From assembly GCA_965235115.1 (NCBI GenBank), contig OZ249436.1, positions 44,270,001-44,334,000 of the forward strand: a stretch of 64,000 nt of DNA, read 5' to 3'. Positions within the stretch are counted from its first letter, which is position 1; every line of letters starts with the position of its first letter. Source of the DNA: Laetmonice hystrix (Eukaryota). This document shows positions 11,042 through 24,976 of this stretch, one piece after another. The translations under genes were made by a program, and so were the position numbers. Below the pieces are notes generated by a model, which saw only the letters and a list, made by a program, of their open reading frames with translations, did not search any database and was not told the DNA's origin.

Positions 11042-14000
11042 CATAAAATATTTCTTAATGTCATAAAAATACAGCAGGCAGCAGGCCTGCCACACTTGCT
11101 CTAAACACATAAAATATTTCTTAATGTCATAAAAATACAGCAGGTAGCAGGCCTGCCACACTTGCTCTAAACACATAAAATATTTCTGAATGTCATAAAA
11201 ATACAGCAGGCAGCCGGCCTGCCACACTTGCTCTAAACACATAAAATATTTCTTAATGTCATAAAAATACAGCAGGTAGCAGGCCTGCCACACTTGCTCT
11301 AAACACATAAAATATTTTTTAATGTCATAAAAATACAGCAGGCAGCCGGCCTGCCACACTTGCTCTAAACACATAAAATATTTCTTAATGTCATAAAAAT
11401 ACAGCAGGTAGCAGGCCTGCCACACTTGCTCTAAACACATAAAATATTTCTTAATGTCATAAAAATACAGCAGGCAGCCGGCCTGCCACACTTGCTCTAA
11501 ACACATAAAATATTTCTTAATGTCATAAAAATACAGCAGGTAGCAGGCCTGCCACACTTGCTCTAAACACATAAAATATTTCTTAATGTCATAAAAATGC
11601 AGCAGGTAGCAGGCCTGCCACACTTGCTCTAAACACATAAAATATTTCTTAATGTCATAAAAATACAGCAGGCAGCAGGCCTGCCACACTTGCTCTAAAC
11701 ACATAAAATATTTCTTAATGTCATAAAAATACAGCAGGCAGCCGGCCTGCCACACTTGCTCTAAACACATAAAATATTTCTTAATGTCATAAAAATAGAG
11801 CAGGCAGCCGGCCTGCCACACTTGCTCTAAACACATAAAATATTTCTTAATGTCATAAAAATACAGCAGGCAGCAGGCCTGCCACACTTGCTCTAAACAC
11901 CTAAAATATTTCTTAATGTCATAAAAATACAGCAGGCAGCAGGCCTGCCACACTTGCTCTAAACACATAAAATATTTCTTAATGTCATAAAAATACAGCA
12001 GGCAGCAGGCCTGCCACACTTGCTCTAAACACATAAAATATTTCTTAATGTCATAAAAATACAGCAGGCAGCAGGCCTGCCACACTTGCTCTAAACACAT
12101 AAAATATTTCTGAATGTCATAAAAATACAGCAGGCAGCAGGCCTGCCACACTTGCTCTAAACACATAAAATATTTCTGAATGTCATAAAAATACAGCAGG
12201 CAGCCGGCCTGCCACACTTGCTCTAAACACATAAAATATTTCTTAATGTCATAAAAATACAGCAGGCAGCCGGCCTGCCACACTTGCTCTAAACACATAA
12301 AATATTTCTTAATGTCATAAAAATACAGCAGGCAGCCGGCCTGCCACACTTGCTCTAAACACATAAAATATTTCTTAATGTCATAAAAATACAGCAGGCA
12401 GCCGGCCTGCCACACTTGCTCTAAACACATAAAATATTTCTTAATGTCATAAAAATACAGCAGGCAGCCGGCCTGCCACACTTGCTCTAAACACATAAAA
12501 TATTTCTTAATGTCATAAAAATACAGCAGGCAGCAGGCCTGCCACACTTGCTCTAAACACATAAAATATTTCTTAATGTCATAAAAATACAGCAGGCAGC
12601 CGGCCTGCCACACTTGCTCTAAACACATAAAATATTTCTTAATGTCATAAAAATACAGCAGGCAGCCGGCCTGCCACACTTGCTCTAAACACATAAAATA
12701 TTTCTTAATGTCATAAAAATACAGCAGGCAGCCGGCCTGCCACACTTGCTCTAAACACATAAAATATTTCTTAATGTCATAAAAATACAGCAGGCAGCCG
12801 GCCTGCCACACTTGCTCTAAACACATAAAATATTTCTTAATGTCATAAAAATACAGCAGGCAGCCGGCCTGCCACACTTGCTCTAAACACATAAAATATT
12901 TCTTAATGTCATAAAAATACAGCAGGCAGCCGGCCTGCCACACTTGCTCTAAACACATAAAATATTTCTTAATGTCATAAAAATACAGCAGGCAGCAGGC
13001 CTGCCACACTTGCTCTAAACACATAAAATATTTCTTAATGTCATAAAAATACAGCAGGCAGCCGGCCTGCCACACTTGCTCTAAACACATAAAATATTTC
13101 TTAATGTCATAAAAATACAGCAGGCAGCCGGCCTGCCACACTTGCTCTAAACACATAAAATATTTCTTAATGTCATAAAAATACAGCAGGTAGCAGGCCT
13201 GCCACACTTGCTCTAAACACATAAAATATTTCTTAATGTCATAAAAATACAGCAGGTAGCAGGCCTGCCACACTTGCTCTAAACACATAAAATATTTCTT
13301 AATGTCATAAAAATACAGCAGGTAGCCGGCCTGCCACACTTGCTCTAAACACATAAAATATTTCTTAATGTCATAAAAATACAGCAGGTAGCCGGCCTGC
13401 CACACTTGCTCTAAACACATAAAATATTTCTTAATGTCATAAAAATACAGCAGGTAGCAGGCCTGCCACACTTGCTCTAAACACATAAAATATTTCTTAA
13501 TGTCATAAAAATACAGCAGGCAGCCGGCCTGCCACACTTGCTCTAAACACATAAAATATTTCTTAATGTCATAAAAATACAGCAGGCAGCCGGCCTGCCA
13601 CACTTGCTCTAAACACATAAAATATTTCTTAATGTCATAAAAATACAGCAGGTAGCAGGCCTGCCACACTTGCTCTAAACACATAAAATATTTCTTAATG
13701 TCATAAAAATACAGCAGGTAGCAGGCCTGCCACACTTGCTCTAAACACATAAAATATTTCTTAATGTCATAAAAATACAGCAGGTAGCAGGCCTGCCACA
13801 CTTGCTCTAAACACATAAAATATTTCTTAATGTCATAAAAATACAGCAGGCAGCCGGCCTGCCACACTTGCTCTAAACACATAATATTTCTTAATGTCAT
13901 AAAAATACAGCAGGCAGCCGGCTTGCCACACTTGCTCTAAACACATAAAATATTTCTTAATGTCATAAAAATACAGCAGGTAGCAGGCCTGCCACACTTG

Positions 14001-14209
14001 CTCTAAACACATAAAATATTTCTTAATGTCATAAAAATACAGCAGGCAGCCGGCCTGCCACACTTGCTCTAAACACATAAAATATTTTTTAATGTCATAA
14101 AAATACAGCAGGCAGCCGGCTTGCCACACTTGCTCTAAACACATAAAATATTTCTTAATGTCATAAAAATACAGCAGGCAGCCGGCCTGCCACACTTGCT
14201 CTAAACACA
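11042..14209. repeat. 66-bp tandem repeat, about 48 copies, between the two gene 3' ends
   Basis: Unit AAACACATAAAATATTTCTTAATGTCATAAAAATACAGCAGGCAGC(A/C)GGCCTGCCACACTTGCTCT. Confidence 0.97.
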
Positions 14210-15404
14210 CATTAGTTGTGTTGATAAAACCGGTATTAGTGAATTCAATAGACCATTTTCCGAACTACTACTAGCGCCACCTACAAGCTCCTTAGCCTAG
14301 GCCTATGTTAAACCCCCGCATATTGATACGCGCGTATAGATACGGGCCAATATTTTTTACATATTGCGGTAGTTTTACACATAGAGGAAATTTTACATAT
14401 ACGGGTTGTAGAGTGGAGATTAATCATTTCAAGATGGTATCCCGCAAACGAAAAGCTCCTGGTGAACGTCTATCCCTAGCGGAATCCACAGTACTTGTCA
14501 GCGCATACTATACATGTGAACGGTCTGCAACCCTCTGTGTACGGTCCACCTCTAAAAGAATTACCACAGCCTATACGTGGCTGCCCCCAACTTTACTTCT
14601 TGTCCGCCCTGTGGTCGCCGGTTAGAGACTGCAGGTCAGGGGTTGTGTTTTGACAACATGCACAAGTTGATTTTTTGTTGTTAGAAAATGCTCTAAAAAA
14701 ACACACCATTTTGGCTCTAGACTGCTTAATATTGGAACTAGCTATATAAAAGTGGGATTCCCATAAAAGCTTTGGAGGAGGCGAAATTAATCTTATTGAG
14801 ATTTTAAGACATGTGAAACGTGCTGCCTTGAAGCGCGGCATGGCAGGTGCAACAGGTGCCACAGGTGCAACCTTTGTGATGCTGCGTAACACGGACATGG
14901 CACCCGACAAGCCGAGCTATCTCTACACATATTAAAGGCACACTTTGTGGAACATGGATTGGCTTTCTTCCAATCCCTGCATGACCGCTGTCAGAACAAC
15001 ATGTCTATCATGTGATTGGGTTTGTTCAGAAATACCGATTTCAAATATCCGGGTAATCTTGCGCTCTTTGTTTATCACTCAATTTCAACGAAATGCCACA
15101 TCACCAAAACAGCAAGAGATTTTTTTTGGTTATTTTCTCCCGAAATGCCTCTTTAGTAAAGCTAGGGAGTACCTACATGTATGTGCAATTCTAGTCAGGG
15201 ACGTTTCTGAGTGTGGGGGGGGGGGCAATCAGGGACGGATCCAAGAAGTTGTGAAAAGGGGCGTCCCCCATGCGAGCGCCGAAGGCGTGAAGCAATGAGG
15301 GAGGTGTCTGGGGGTTCTCCCCCAGAAAAAAAAATTACAGTGCCAAATACGCGATTTACAGATACAGATTGGTTGGGGAGGCAGCACCAGGTGCAGAGGG
15401 CTGC

Positions 15405-15487
15405 CTGAGGGGTGCGTTTCATAACGATAACGGCTTTAACGAATCGTTACGACACAAGTTAACGACAGGTTGTGAAACGCCCCCCTG
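15405..15487. mobile_element. Short palindromic MITE (GGGGTGCGTTTCA family)
   Basis: Inverted ends AGGGGTGCGTTTCATAAC / GTTGTGAAACGCCCCCCTG. Related copies lie at about 17490-17553 and 17586-17672. Confidence 0.6.
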
Positions 15488-15768
15488 ATACGGCTAACAG
15501 AGACGGAATAAATATTCAGAAAACTGATATTTTTCACAACTGATTTTTATTTGCAGAATGTACTGCAACGATTACAGTCAAATATATAATGTGCGGTCAT
15601 GAACACTTAGAATGTTTGTAAACAAGATCACAGGCTCATGAGGTAGGCAACATTTTAACAACGCTGGACGGCAGCGAACACATCACACAGCTCACGCGCT
15701 TCCTCTAATCCACCTTGAACTATCCACCGAGAGACACTACTTGACGTGATCAGTTTAGCTCAGTAGAC

Positions 15769-16039
15769 CAGGGCCCGGTTTTTTTGTTTACTTTTCCACC
15801 GTGAGCAAGGGTGAGCTGAGCTGAGCAAGGGTGAGCATGAGCTCATTCTCACCGTTTTCGTGGTTTTTTTGGGTTGCTTTTTCCCATGAGGCGTGCTCAT
15901 GGTGAGCAAGCTCGTGGAAAAACACCCGAAAAAACGAAAACAGTGAGCAAAACGGTGAGCATGAGCTTGTGCTCACCCTTGCTCAGCTCAGCTCACCCTT
16001 GCTCACGGTGGAAAAGTAAACAAAAAAAACCGGGCCCTG
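15769..16039. mobile_element. Palindromic MITE with about 70-bp TIRs
   Basis: CAGGGCCCGGTTTTTTTGTTTACTTTTCCACCGTGAGCAAGGGTGAGCTGAGCTGAGC... is mirrored at the right end (...GCTCACGGTGGAAAAGTAAACAAAAAAAACCGGGCCCTG). Confidence 0.85.
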
Positions 16040-17331
16040 GAGCCAGGATTTCATGACGGGGATGTATATCAAAGGACACCTCCTGGCCTGGGCAAAATAA
16101 CCTCCCAAAACCCTCCAAAAAAAAACACACCCAGACGTCCACAAAAGGGCGGGGTCAACCCCCCCCCCTCGCCCTTCCTTCCCCGGATCCGCAACATAAC
16201 AGTATTTCTGGACGGGCGAACCTATGTGATCCTTAATTTACCTATATAACATATAAACACAATCCCTTATAGTAACGGTCACCTTGTCAAACAAACCGCA
16301 TCTGTTTGTCACGGAGATCAGACAGCTAAGAGCAGGCTATAGTCACCGGAACAACCACCTGGAAGCGACCTTTCAGCGAGATGACATCTTTTACTGACAT
16401 CACACAGGTTGGAACCTTTGTGGTGTGCCTGGACTTCCAACACATGACAACGTCTGAACACATCACAGATTGCAAGGCCGTCAACATCTACTCCTATTAC
16501 ACATCAGGACAAACGCACCGTAACTATTACCACGTCAGGTACAAAACGCTGCACAATCCCGGGGTCTTTATCGATCGGAGTATTGATAGTAATCACCCCC
16601 CCCCCCCCGCCCCCTAAAAAATATCCACACACATGTTACAGAATGATGTCAAGGTGACCTTCGTTTCTAAGAGCGACATAACGTTTAAGACAGATTTATT
16701 ACATGGGTTATGAAATGGACGGATTCTTCACTGGAGACGATAGATCGATGTCAACCCCAACACAATTACACCCAAGGTCATTCATAACTTTTCAAGTTTC
16801 TGTAATTTACACATATACCTGGTGGCGGTTCCATGTAAACACAATGACATTATCTCTACTACAAAGGTAAGGGCTGATCAGGGAGTAAGCGTCTTTGATG
16901 GCGCACCCCCGCCGCTCCTCCAGAGCATCTGGGCTCTTGCTTCATTCGTATACCCCCCCTCCACTCCTATTTGTACAGTCAACCCACCAAGTTACAAGAG
17001 AAGACAAATCATGGTAAATGCACAGATTGAAAAGTATATCGTGGTATAAAATGACGATTGATACGAAGTAACAGCTCTTACAACATAAGCCTGCGCGTGG
17101 AACTACTCAGAGTCAGAATTGCTTCAGAAAGCCAGCAGGCACTGCTGCATCCAGATCGAAAACCTTGACTAAAATAGACCACGTACATCAGTTTTAGTGG
17201 TGGTTTTTGCGTAGCAATACAAAAAGAATCTTACACGAGTCTTGTTTGTGTTCGATGGGGTGGAGTCTGTTTAGATATTGGTAGTATATTACATATCTGA
17301 GGTGAATGCCGGTATTCTAAAAGCCACAGAC

Positions 17332-17685
17332 AGACGGTTTGTGAAACGCCCCCCCCCCCCGTGGCTACGGGCCACAGAGAGACCACTATACGACGGTTTG
17401 TGAAACGCCCCCCTGTGGCTACGGGCCACAGAGAGACCACTATACCTGGTCCTCCTTGTACCGGAACACTTCCCTAAGTGACGAGACTGCCAGGGGTGCG
17501 TTTACATTGGCTTTAACGATACAAGTTAACGACGGTTTGTGAAACGCCCCCTGTACTGGAACACTTCCCTAGGTGACGAGTCTGCCAGGGGTGCGTTTCA
17601 CAACGATTGTTAAATTGCAAATATATTTGCTTTAACGATACAAGTTAACGACGGTTTGTGGAACGCCCCCCTGTGGCTACGGGCC
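17332..17685. repeat. Locally duplicated MITE copies and fragments
   Basis: GACGGTTTGTGAAACGCCCCC recurs about 4 times. Same family as 15405-15487. Confidence 0.6.
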
Positions 17686-18497
17686 TTAGAACCCCATCTC
17701 ACCTTTTATTACCTGACTTGACCTCTGTCGCACCCTTTTAACTCTGCCATTGGTTCCTGATTGTGCAGGTCTTCCATCACTTTGCCAGACTTCGGCCGGT
17801 GGTGTTGAATAACAATGGAAACAAAAAACTCACTTTGAACTATCTGATTGGGGTGGGGAGCAGTTAATTCTCAGACTACCAAGTCTGGACCCGTCCCTGA
17901 CCCTGCCATTCTCTCCAATCCCCGCCATTACTCACCAAATTCAACCATTGCTTACCAGATTCATGCCATAGCGATATCGGAGTATTCCAAGAATCCCTGA
18001 CCAATATAACAAACTTGTCTATGTACAACCCTGACATGGCGAACAATTCATGGGCTCTATCGGAGATGTCATCCTACTGTCTCCAAAAAAACAATGCGGG
18101 AAATCACGGCGGGGTACATCCTTCCTTATTACATCTTAAATGTTTATTTCAGTATGTGCAATTATTCCAACATAGCGTTCCATATGATCCCAAAATTCCC
18201 AATAATTTTTGAGGGAGAGTCTTCAATCATTTTATGCACAAACTATTGAGACTGACGTATATATATTATTCGCTGGGGCCGTGGCCGTCAACATTTATCG
18301 TGTTGCACAGAAAATAAATTGGATCAATTGTGACAGCAGCGCGTTCGCTGACCTCTGGGCAAACAGCAGCCTCCGCGGTGGTCAGCGTCTCCGAGATCTC
18401 GTCGTGTGCGAGAGACACTCCCGTGTTATTGCCTATTGCCTGGTCTGTTAGCACGCAGTCGTACATAACGGATGGAGAAACGCTGTCATCGTAAACA

Positions 18498-18550
18498 TCA
18501 TCTCTGCCGCCTCCCTACACGATCAACCAGGCTCGTCTTCGGTCTCAGAG
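18498..18550 (-). CDS. KATNIP: KATNIP last coding exon
   Basis: Acceptor ttttcag. Phase 1 gives ALRPKTSLVDRVGRRQR-stop, resembling the KIAA0556 C-terminal ALRPKT motif. Confidence 0.85.
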
Positions 18551-18976
18551 CTGAAAATGACACGAGGCACCTTAGGCTGGCTACAGTCTTCATTTGGTTT
18601 TACAATCTTTCGGTCTGAGTTGGTAAAAATACAAGGTCAATGATACAGCCAATGTGAATTCCGAAAAGAAAAACGCACCCAAAAGACGATTTTTCAACTA
18701 AAATATCTGATTTGCCCGCAAATTTGGCAAGGAAATATAACTATTATAAAATTACTGGCAGCATTCTATAGAAAAGGACTCCAGGCATCATGTAAATATG
18801 TTTAAGCCGATATTAGCATTTTGTGTTTTTTTTTTTTTGGCCAATAAGCTTCAGTTAAATTTACTCAAGTCTCTAAAGACAGTTATGTGTATCTGAAACA
18901 CACCATTCCGTTCATTAGTATTTATTAGCCACGCCCACATGTTCTAGGATATGGATGAACAACAAAACCCCACAGC

Positions 18977-20127
18977 CCACAACTGGGTAGGGACTGTGGC
19001 CATGCGCCATGTCGCCACAACTGGGTAGAGACTGTGGCCATGCGCCATGTCGCCACAACTGGGTAGGGACTGTGGCCATGTGTCATGTCGCCACAACTGG
19101 GTAGGGACTGTGGCCATGCGCCATGTCGCAAGAACTGGGTAGGGACTGTGGCCATGCGCCATGTCGCCACAACTGGGTAGAGACTGTGGCCATGCGCCAT
19201 GTCGCCACAACTGGGTAGGGACTGTGGCCATGTGTCATGTCGCCACAACTGGGTAGGGACTGTGGCCATGCGCCATGTCGCAAGAACTGGGTAGGGACTG
19301 TGGCCATGCGCCATGTCGCCACAACTGGGTAGGGACTGTGGCCATGCGCCATGTCGCCACAACTGGGTAGGGACTGTGGCCATGCGCCATGTCGCCACAA
19401 CTGGGTAGAGACTGTGGCCATGCGCCATGTCGCCACAACTGGGTAGGGACTGTGGCCATTCGCCATGTCGCCACAACTGGGTAGAGACTGTGGCCATGCG
19501 CCATGTCGCCACAACTGGGTAGGGACTGTGGCCATTCGCCATGTCGCCACAACTGGGTAGGGACTGTGGCCATGCGCCATGTCGCCACAACTGGGTAGGG
19601 ACTGTGGCCATGCGCCATGTCGCCACAACTGGGTAGGGACTGTGGCCATGCGCCATGTCGCAACAACTGGGTAGAGACTGTGGCCATACGCCATGTCGCC
19701 ACAACTGGGTAGGGACTGTGGCCATGCGCCATGTCGCCACAACTGGGTAGGGAATGTGGCCATGTGCCATGTCGCCACAACTGGGTAGAGACTGTGGCCA
19801 TGCGCCATGTCGCCACAACTGGGTAGGGACTGTGGCCATGCGCCATGTCGCCACAACTGGGTAGAGACTGTGGCCATTCGCCATGTCGCCACAACTGGGT
19901 AGGGACTGTGGCCATGCGCCATGTCGCAACAACTGGGTAGAGACTGTGGCCATGCGCCATGTCGCCACAACTGGGTAGGGACTGTGGCCATGCGCCATGT
20001 CGCCACAACTGGGTAGGGAATGTGGCCATGCGCCATGTCGCCACAACTGGGTAGGGACTGTGGCCATGCGCCATGTCGCCACAACTGGGTAGGGACTGTG
20101 GCCATGCGCCATGTCCCCACAACTGGC
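18977..20127. repeat. 38-bp tandem repeat, about 30 copies (KATNIP last intron)
   Basis: Unit CCACAACTGGGTAGGGACTGTGGCCATGCGCCATGTCG. Confidence 0.97.
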
Positions 20128-21130
20128 TAGGGTTAGAATGATATCAAAACTCTATTTCACGTGCATCATCCTCAGACCGTCCCTGATTATTGGGTAAACT
20201 TTTGGCCCATACACTTCTGAGAATTCGCTGTCTACGGACGTACGGACGGAGGGCGAATTAGAAGCCCCGTCCCTTCGGGTTGGAGGATAAAACACAGTCG
20301 TTAGCCAGCCAGCTCACTTTCTTATAAGGCAGGTTTGCTCGAGAGGGTTTCACGCCCACGCTCGTGTTTAGTTCGTCGTATCTCGGTGACTTGGAATACT
20401 TCTTTCTGCGTAATGCTAGGGGTTGGCGGATCGGGAGGGGGGGGGGGGGGGGGGGGCTAAGGGGGTTCCACCACCCCCTAAATGGTGGACGATGTTATTT
20501 TTATTATCCAATTATGATCATAGTTGTCATATATTTTTGGCCTTGGCCTAATAATATATTTTTGCCCGATGGTTGCCCCCCCCCCCTAGATCCGCCACGG
20601 GGCTAATATGCTTGGATGTTACCTAATTTGAAATGAGCTACAGGATTGACCCGGGAAACAGATTTATTATAATTTATATAAAAGAGACCCTGCCCGTTTC
20701 ATGAAAATTAGTTTCAAAGCCTTCGTTTACCTGAGAAATATCTATGAACGAAACTTGTCACGTATGTCCACAGTTCAAAACTTAGCTTCCTGATTCCTCC
20801 GCCTCACTTCTAATATCACTACGCCGCCTAGCCAAGCAAAATAAAGTCCCAAAATATACGGCCATATGGCAGCTTTTAGCAAATGATCTTTTTTTCTACC
20901 AATATACACGTGGCATCTGACATTGAAAGACGACAAGGAGTTATTCTAGCTCTGATTTCATATACCATTTTGAATCATTACCCTGCATGGCCAAGCACTG
21001 TGCTGCAGGGAAGAAACGCGAATCACCAAGGTTAAAATAGTGCAACGTGGGTTGTCTTAGCGGCGAATGGCGCCACAGACGATTACGGAGGAATCTGATT
21101 CTGTTCTTTACACCACTGAATGCTTCCTAT

Positions 21131-21275
21131 CAGGGGCGGATCTAGCTTTCAGGAAAGGGGAGGTGGGGCTGATGTTGGAGTGAAGGTGTACTGAGTGAAG
21201 GTGTACTCCATTTTCACCATCATAACATAATAGTCAGAAGCTGAAGCCCCCCCCCCCCCCCTAGATCCGCCACTG
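21131..21275. mobile_element. Small TIR element (CAG(G/T)GGCGGATCTAG type)
   Basis: Ends CAGGGGCGGATCTAG / CTAGATCCGCCACTG, flanked by CCTAT on both sides. A related copy lies at about 20420-20600. Confidence 0.7.
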
Positions 21276-21610
21276 CCTATAATGATTAACATAGAAGGAC
21301 TATAGAGAGACAATGTCAGCCAACCAGAAAACTCTCTGTCCAAGATCACAGGCGTTGCTTTCTGCCAGCCGTTTGAGATTTTATCTTTGTAACCGGATCG
21401 GACGTCATAACGTCATGACGTCATCAACGCTCAACCCTATCGGCTGTCCTTGGTACGATATTCACTGAGCGGCCGCTCTCAATATCAAGGTATCACGCCG
21501 CTAAACGGAACGAGGGAGGACTGACCATTCGGTGTCTCCTTGAAGATGACCTCGAGTCGATTATTGACCTTTGAGCGGAAATTGGACTGTTAGGGACAAA
21601 CACGGCGGCT

Positions 21611-21765
21611 ACTTGATCTCATTCTGATAGGCCTTGGTGGGCATGGTTGGACAAACTGGGCGGCTACCTGATCTCATTCTGATAGGCCTTGGTGGGCATG
21701 GTTGGACAAACTGGGCGGCCACTTGATCTCATTCTGATAGGCCTTGGTGGGCATGGTTGAACAAA
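21611..21765. repeat. About 55-bp tandem repeat, 3 copies
   Basis: ACTTGATCTCATTCTGATAGGCCTTGGTGGGCATGGTTGGACAAACTGGGCGGC repeated. Confidence 0.85.
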
Positions 21766-22729
21766 TTCCGGGCAATTCCTGTACAGACGCCACACATATC
21801 AATACAGACACCACGTCTCTTACATCACCAAACAGACGTCTCCCTTTTAAATAAACGCAGCCACTCTTCAGTATTTTTTGGTCATTCATCACTATTTTTT
21901 CACTGCCCTTCCTGGTACGTATTTAACGTGTAGGCCATAAAAAATGGCTGACTTCTTACAGTTTAGATAGAAGCCGACAGACTACCACGGATTTATCGTT
22001 GTCCTAGCTTGTAATTTGGGTCATAGCAACAAAAGGTCAATATATCATGTTTGGCAAGCATCAGGCCCTTCTCTCAGGGAGTTTGTCATGCACTGGTACC
22101 ACAAGTCTTGCTACACAGGTTGCCAGGCAGACTTGGCAACAGCTTCATGACAATGTCGTCACTCGTGGTAACGGCACGATGTAATTAATAATTGTGGTTG
22201 AGTGGTACTGCCTGGTAAAGAGAATCACTTCAACTGTGGGCAATCCAAGGAAGGCGGAAATATCACAACGTCTTACCACAGAGACACCGGTCAGAGACAA
22301 CGTTATTAACTTAATATTCCGTGAACCGAAGAGCATTTTCTTTCATCTTACAGACCCCTTTCACACCACTACACACATTGACAACATTCAAGGAATTGGC
22401 CCGTTCTGCACGTGAGGCGTGTGTGCGATTCCCCTGCCATACCATGGAGTGTGGTGGTTGGTTGGTTGGGGACATGCTATGTGCTGCCCTCTGCCTGCGT
22501 CCCCTGCTACATTTTATTGTTCATAATGTGCTACAAAACTTAGTGATACAATTTTCTTTCTTGAAGCACTTGTCAGGAGCTTTGTTTGGGTGAAGGAGGA
22601 AGAGGAAGACAAATGAGAAAATTGGAGGAATGAAAGGAGAGGGAGAAACAGGGGGAAGAGGAGGAGGAGGAGGGAAGCACTATGGGGAGGGGGAGACAGA
22701 GGTGTAAGAGGGGGTTCAGGGAGGAGGTA

Positions 22730-24872
22730 GCAGGGGAAGGAGGAGATGGAAGGAGAATGGGATGAGCATGAGGAGAAGATGATCCTGTACCCACCCTGGT
22801 CCGGAGCAAGGGAAGGAGGAGATGGAAGGAGAATGGGAGGAGCATGAGGAGATGATGATCCTGTACCCACCCTGGTCTGGAGCAGGGGAAGGAGGAGATG
22901 GAAGGAGAATGGGAGGAGCATGAGGAGAAGATGATCCTGTACCCACCCTGGTCCGGAGCAGGGGAAGGAGGAGATGGAAGGAGAATGGGAGGAGCATGAG
23001 GAGATGATGATCCTGTACCCACCCTGGTCCGGAGCAGGGGAAGGAGGAGATGGAAGGAGAATGGGAGGAGCATGAGGAGATGATGATCCTGTACCCACCC
23101 TGGTCCGGAGCAAGGGAAGGAGGAGATGGAAGGAGAATGGGAGGAGCATGAGGAGATGATGATCCTGTACCCACCCTGGTCCGGAGCAGGGGAAGGGGGA
23201 GATGGAAGGAGAATGGAAGGAGCATGGGGAGAAGATGATCCTGTACCCACCCTGGTCCGGAGCAGGGGAAGGAGGAGATGGAAGGAGAATGGGAGGAGCA
23301 TGAGGAGAAGATGATCCTGTACCCACCCTGGTCCGGAGCAGGGGAAGGAGGAGATGGAAGGAGAATGGGAGGAGCATGAGGAGAAGATGATCCTGTACCC
23401 ACCCTGGTCCGGAGCAGGGGAAGGAGGAGATGGAAGGAGAATGGGAGGAGCATGAGGAGAAGATGATCCTGTACCCACCCTGGTCCGGAGCAGGGGAAGG
23501 AGGAGATGGAAGGAGAATGGGAGGAGCATGAGGAGATGATGATCCTGTACCCACCCTGGTCCGGAGCAGGGGAAGGAGGAGATGGAAGGAGAATGGGAGG
23601 AGCATGAGGAGAAGATGATCCTGTACCCACCCTGGTCCGGAGCAGGGGAAGGAGGAGATGGAAGGAGAATGGGAGGAGCATGAGGAGAAGATGATCCTGT
23701 ACCCACCCTGGTCCGGAGCAAGGGAAGGAGGAGATGGAAGGAGAATGGGAGGAGCATGAGGAGCATGAGGAGAAGATGATCCTGTACCCACCCTGGTCCG
23801 GAGCAGGGGAAGGAGGAGATGGAAGGAGAATGGGAGGAGCATGAGGAGAAGATGATCCTGTACCCACCCTGGTCCGGAGCAGGGGAAGGAGGAGATGGAA
23901 GGAGAATGGGAGGAGCATGAGGAGATGATGATCCTGTACCCACCCTGGTCCGGAGCAGGGGAAGGAGGAGATGGAAGGAGAATGGGAGGAGCATGGGGAG
24001 ATGATGATCCTGTACCCACCCTGGTCCGGAGCAGGGGAAGGAGGAGATGGAAGGAGAATGGGAGGAGCATGAGGAGATGATGATCCTGTACCCACCCTGG
24101 TCCGGAGCAGGGGAAGGAGGAGATGGAAGGAGAATGGGAGGAGCATGAGGAGATGATGATCCTGTACCCACCCTGGTCCGGAGCAGGGGAAGGAGGAGAT
24201 GGAAGGAGAATGGAAGGAGCATGGGGAGAAGATGATCCTGTACCCACCCTGGTCCGGAGCAGGGGAAGGAGGAGATGGAAGGAGAATGGGAGGAGCATGA
24301 GGAGATGATGATCCTGTACCCACCCTGGTCCGGAGCAAGGGAAGGAGGAGATGGAAGGAGAATGGGAGGAGCATGAGGAGAAGATGATCCTGTACCCACC
24401 CTGGTCCGGAGCAGGGGAAGGAGGAGATGGAAGGAGAATGGGAGGAGCATGAGGAGATGATGATCCTGTACCCACCCTGGTCCGGAGCAGGGGAAGGAGG
24501 AGATGGAAGGAGAATGGGAGGAGCATGAGGAGATGATGATCCTGTACCCACCCTGGTCCGGAGCAGGGGAAGGAGGAGATGGAAGGAGAATGGGAGGAGC
24601 ATGAGGAGATGATGATCCTGTACCCACCCTGGTCCGGAGCAGGGGAAGGAGGAGATGGAAGGAGAATGGGAGGAGCATGAGGAGAAGATGATCCTGTACC
24701 CACCCTGGTCCGGAGCAAGGGAAGGAGGAGATGGAAGGAGAATGGGAGGAGCATGAGGAGATGATGATCCTGTACCCACCCTGGTCCGGAGCAGGGGAAG
24801 GAGGAGATGGAAGGAGAATGGGAGGAGCATGAGGAGAAGATGATCCTGTACCCACCCTGGTCCGGAGCAGGG
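22730..24872. repeat. 76-bp tandem repeat, about 28 copies, spanning a KATNIP donor site
   Basis: Minus-strand unit is exon end CCTGCTCCGGACCAGG plus GTGGGTACAGGATCATC... and a pyrimidine tract. Confidence 0.97.
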
Positions 24873-24959
24873 CCAGCGTGTGCTGCCCGAGGATCGGCAA
24901 ACTTTGCCACCACTTGGCGATCGTTCATCAGTTGTACGTCCTGATCTCCCGGCTGGTTC
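24856..24959 (-). CDS. KATNIP: KATNIP penultimate coding exon
   Basis: ctgcag acceptor, G|gtgggt donor. Encodes MNQPGDQDVQLMNDRQVVAKFADPRAAHAGPAPDQ. Phases 2/1 fit neighbours. Confidence 0.85.
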
Positions 24960-24976
24960 CTGCAGTTTATCAAACA

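Noticed and set aside
11009..14210. 963-aa MCLEQVWQ... repeat ORF as a gene
   Set aside because: Arises from the 66-bp satellite, with no domain, splice or codon support and one unit carrying a frameshift.
14270..14290. CTCF-like motif AGCGCCACCTAC between the convergent genes
   Set aside because: A short motif match alone is not evidence of an insulator.
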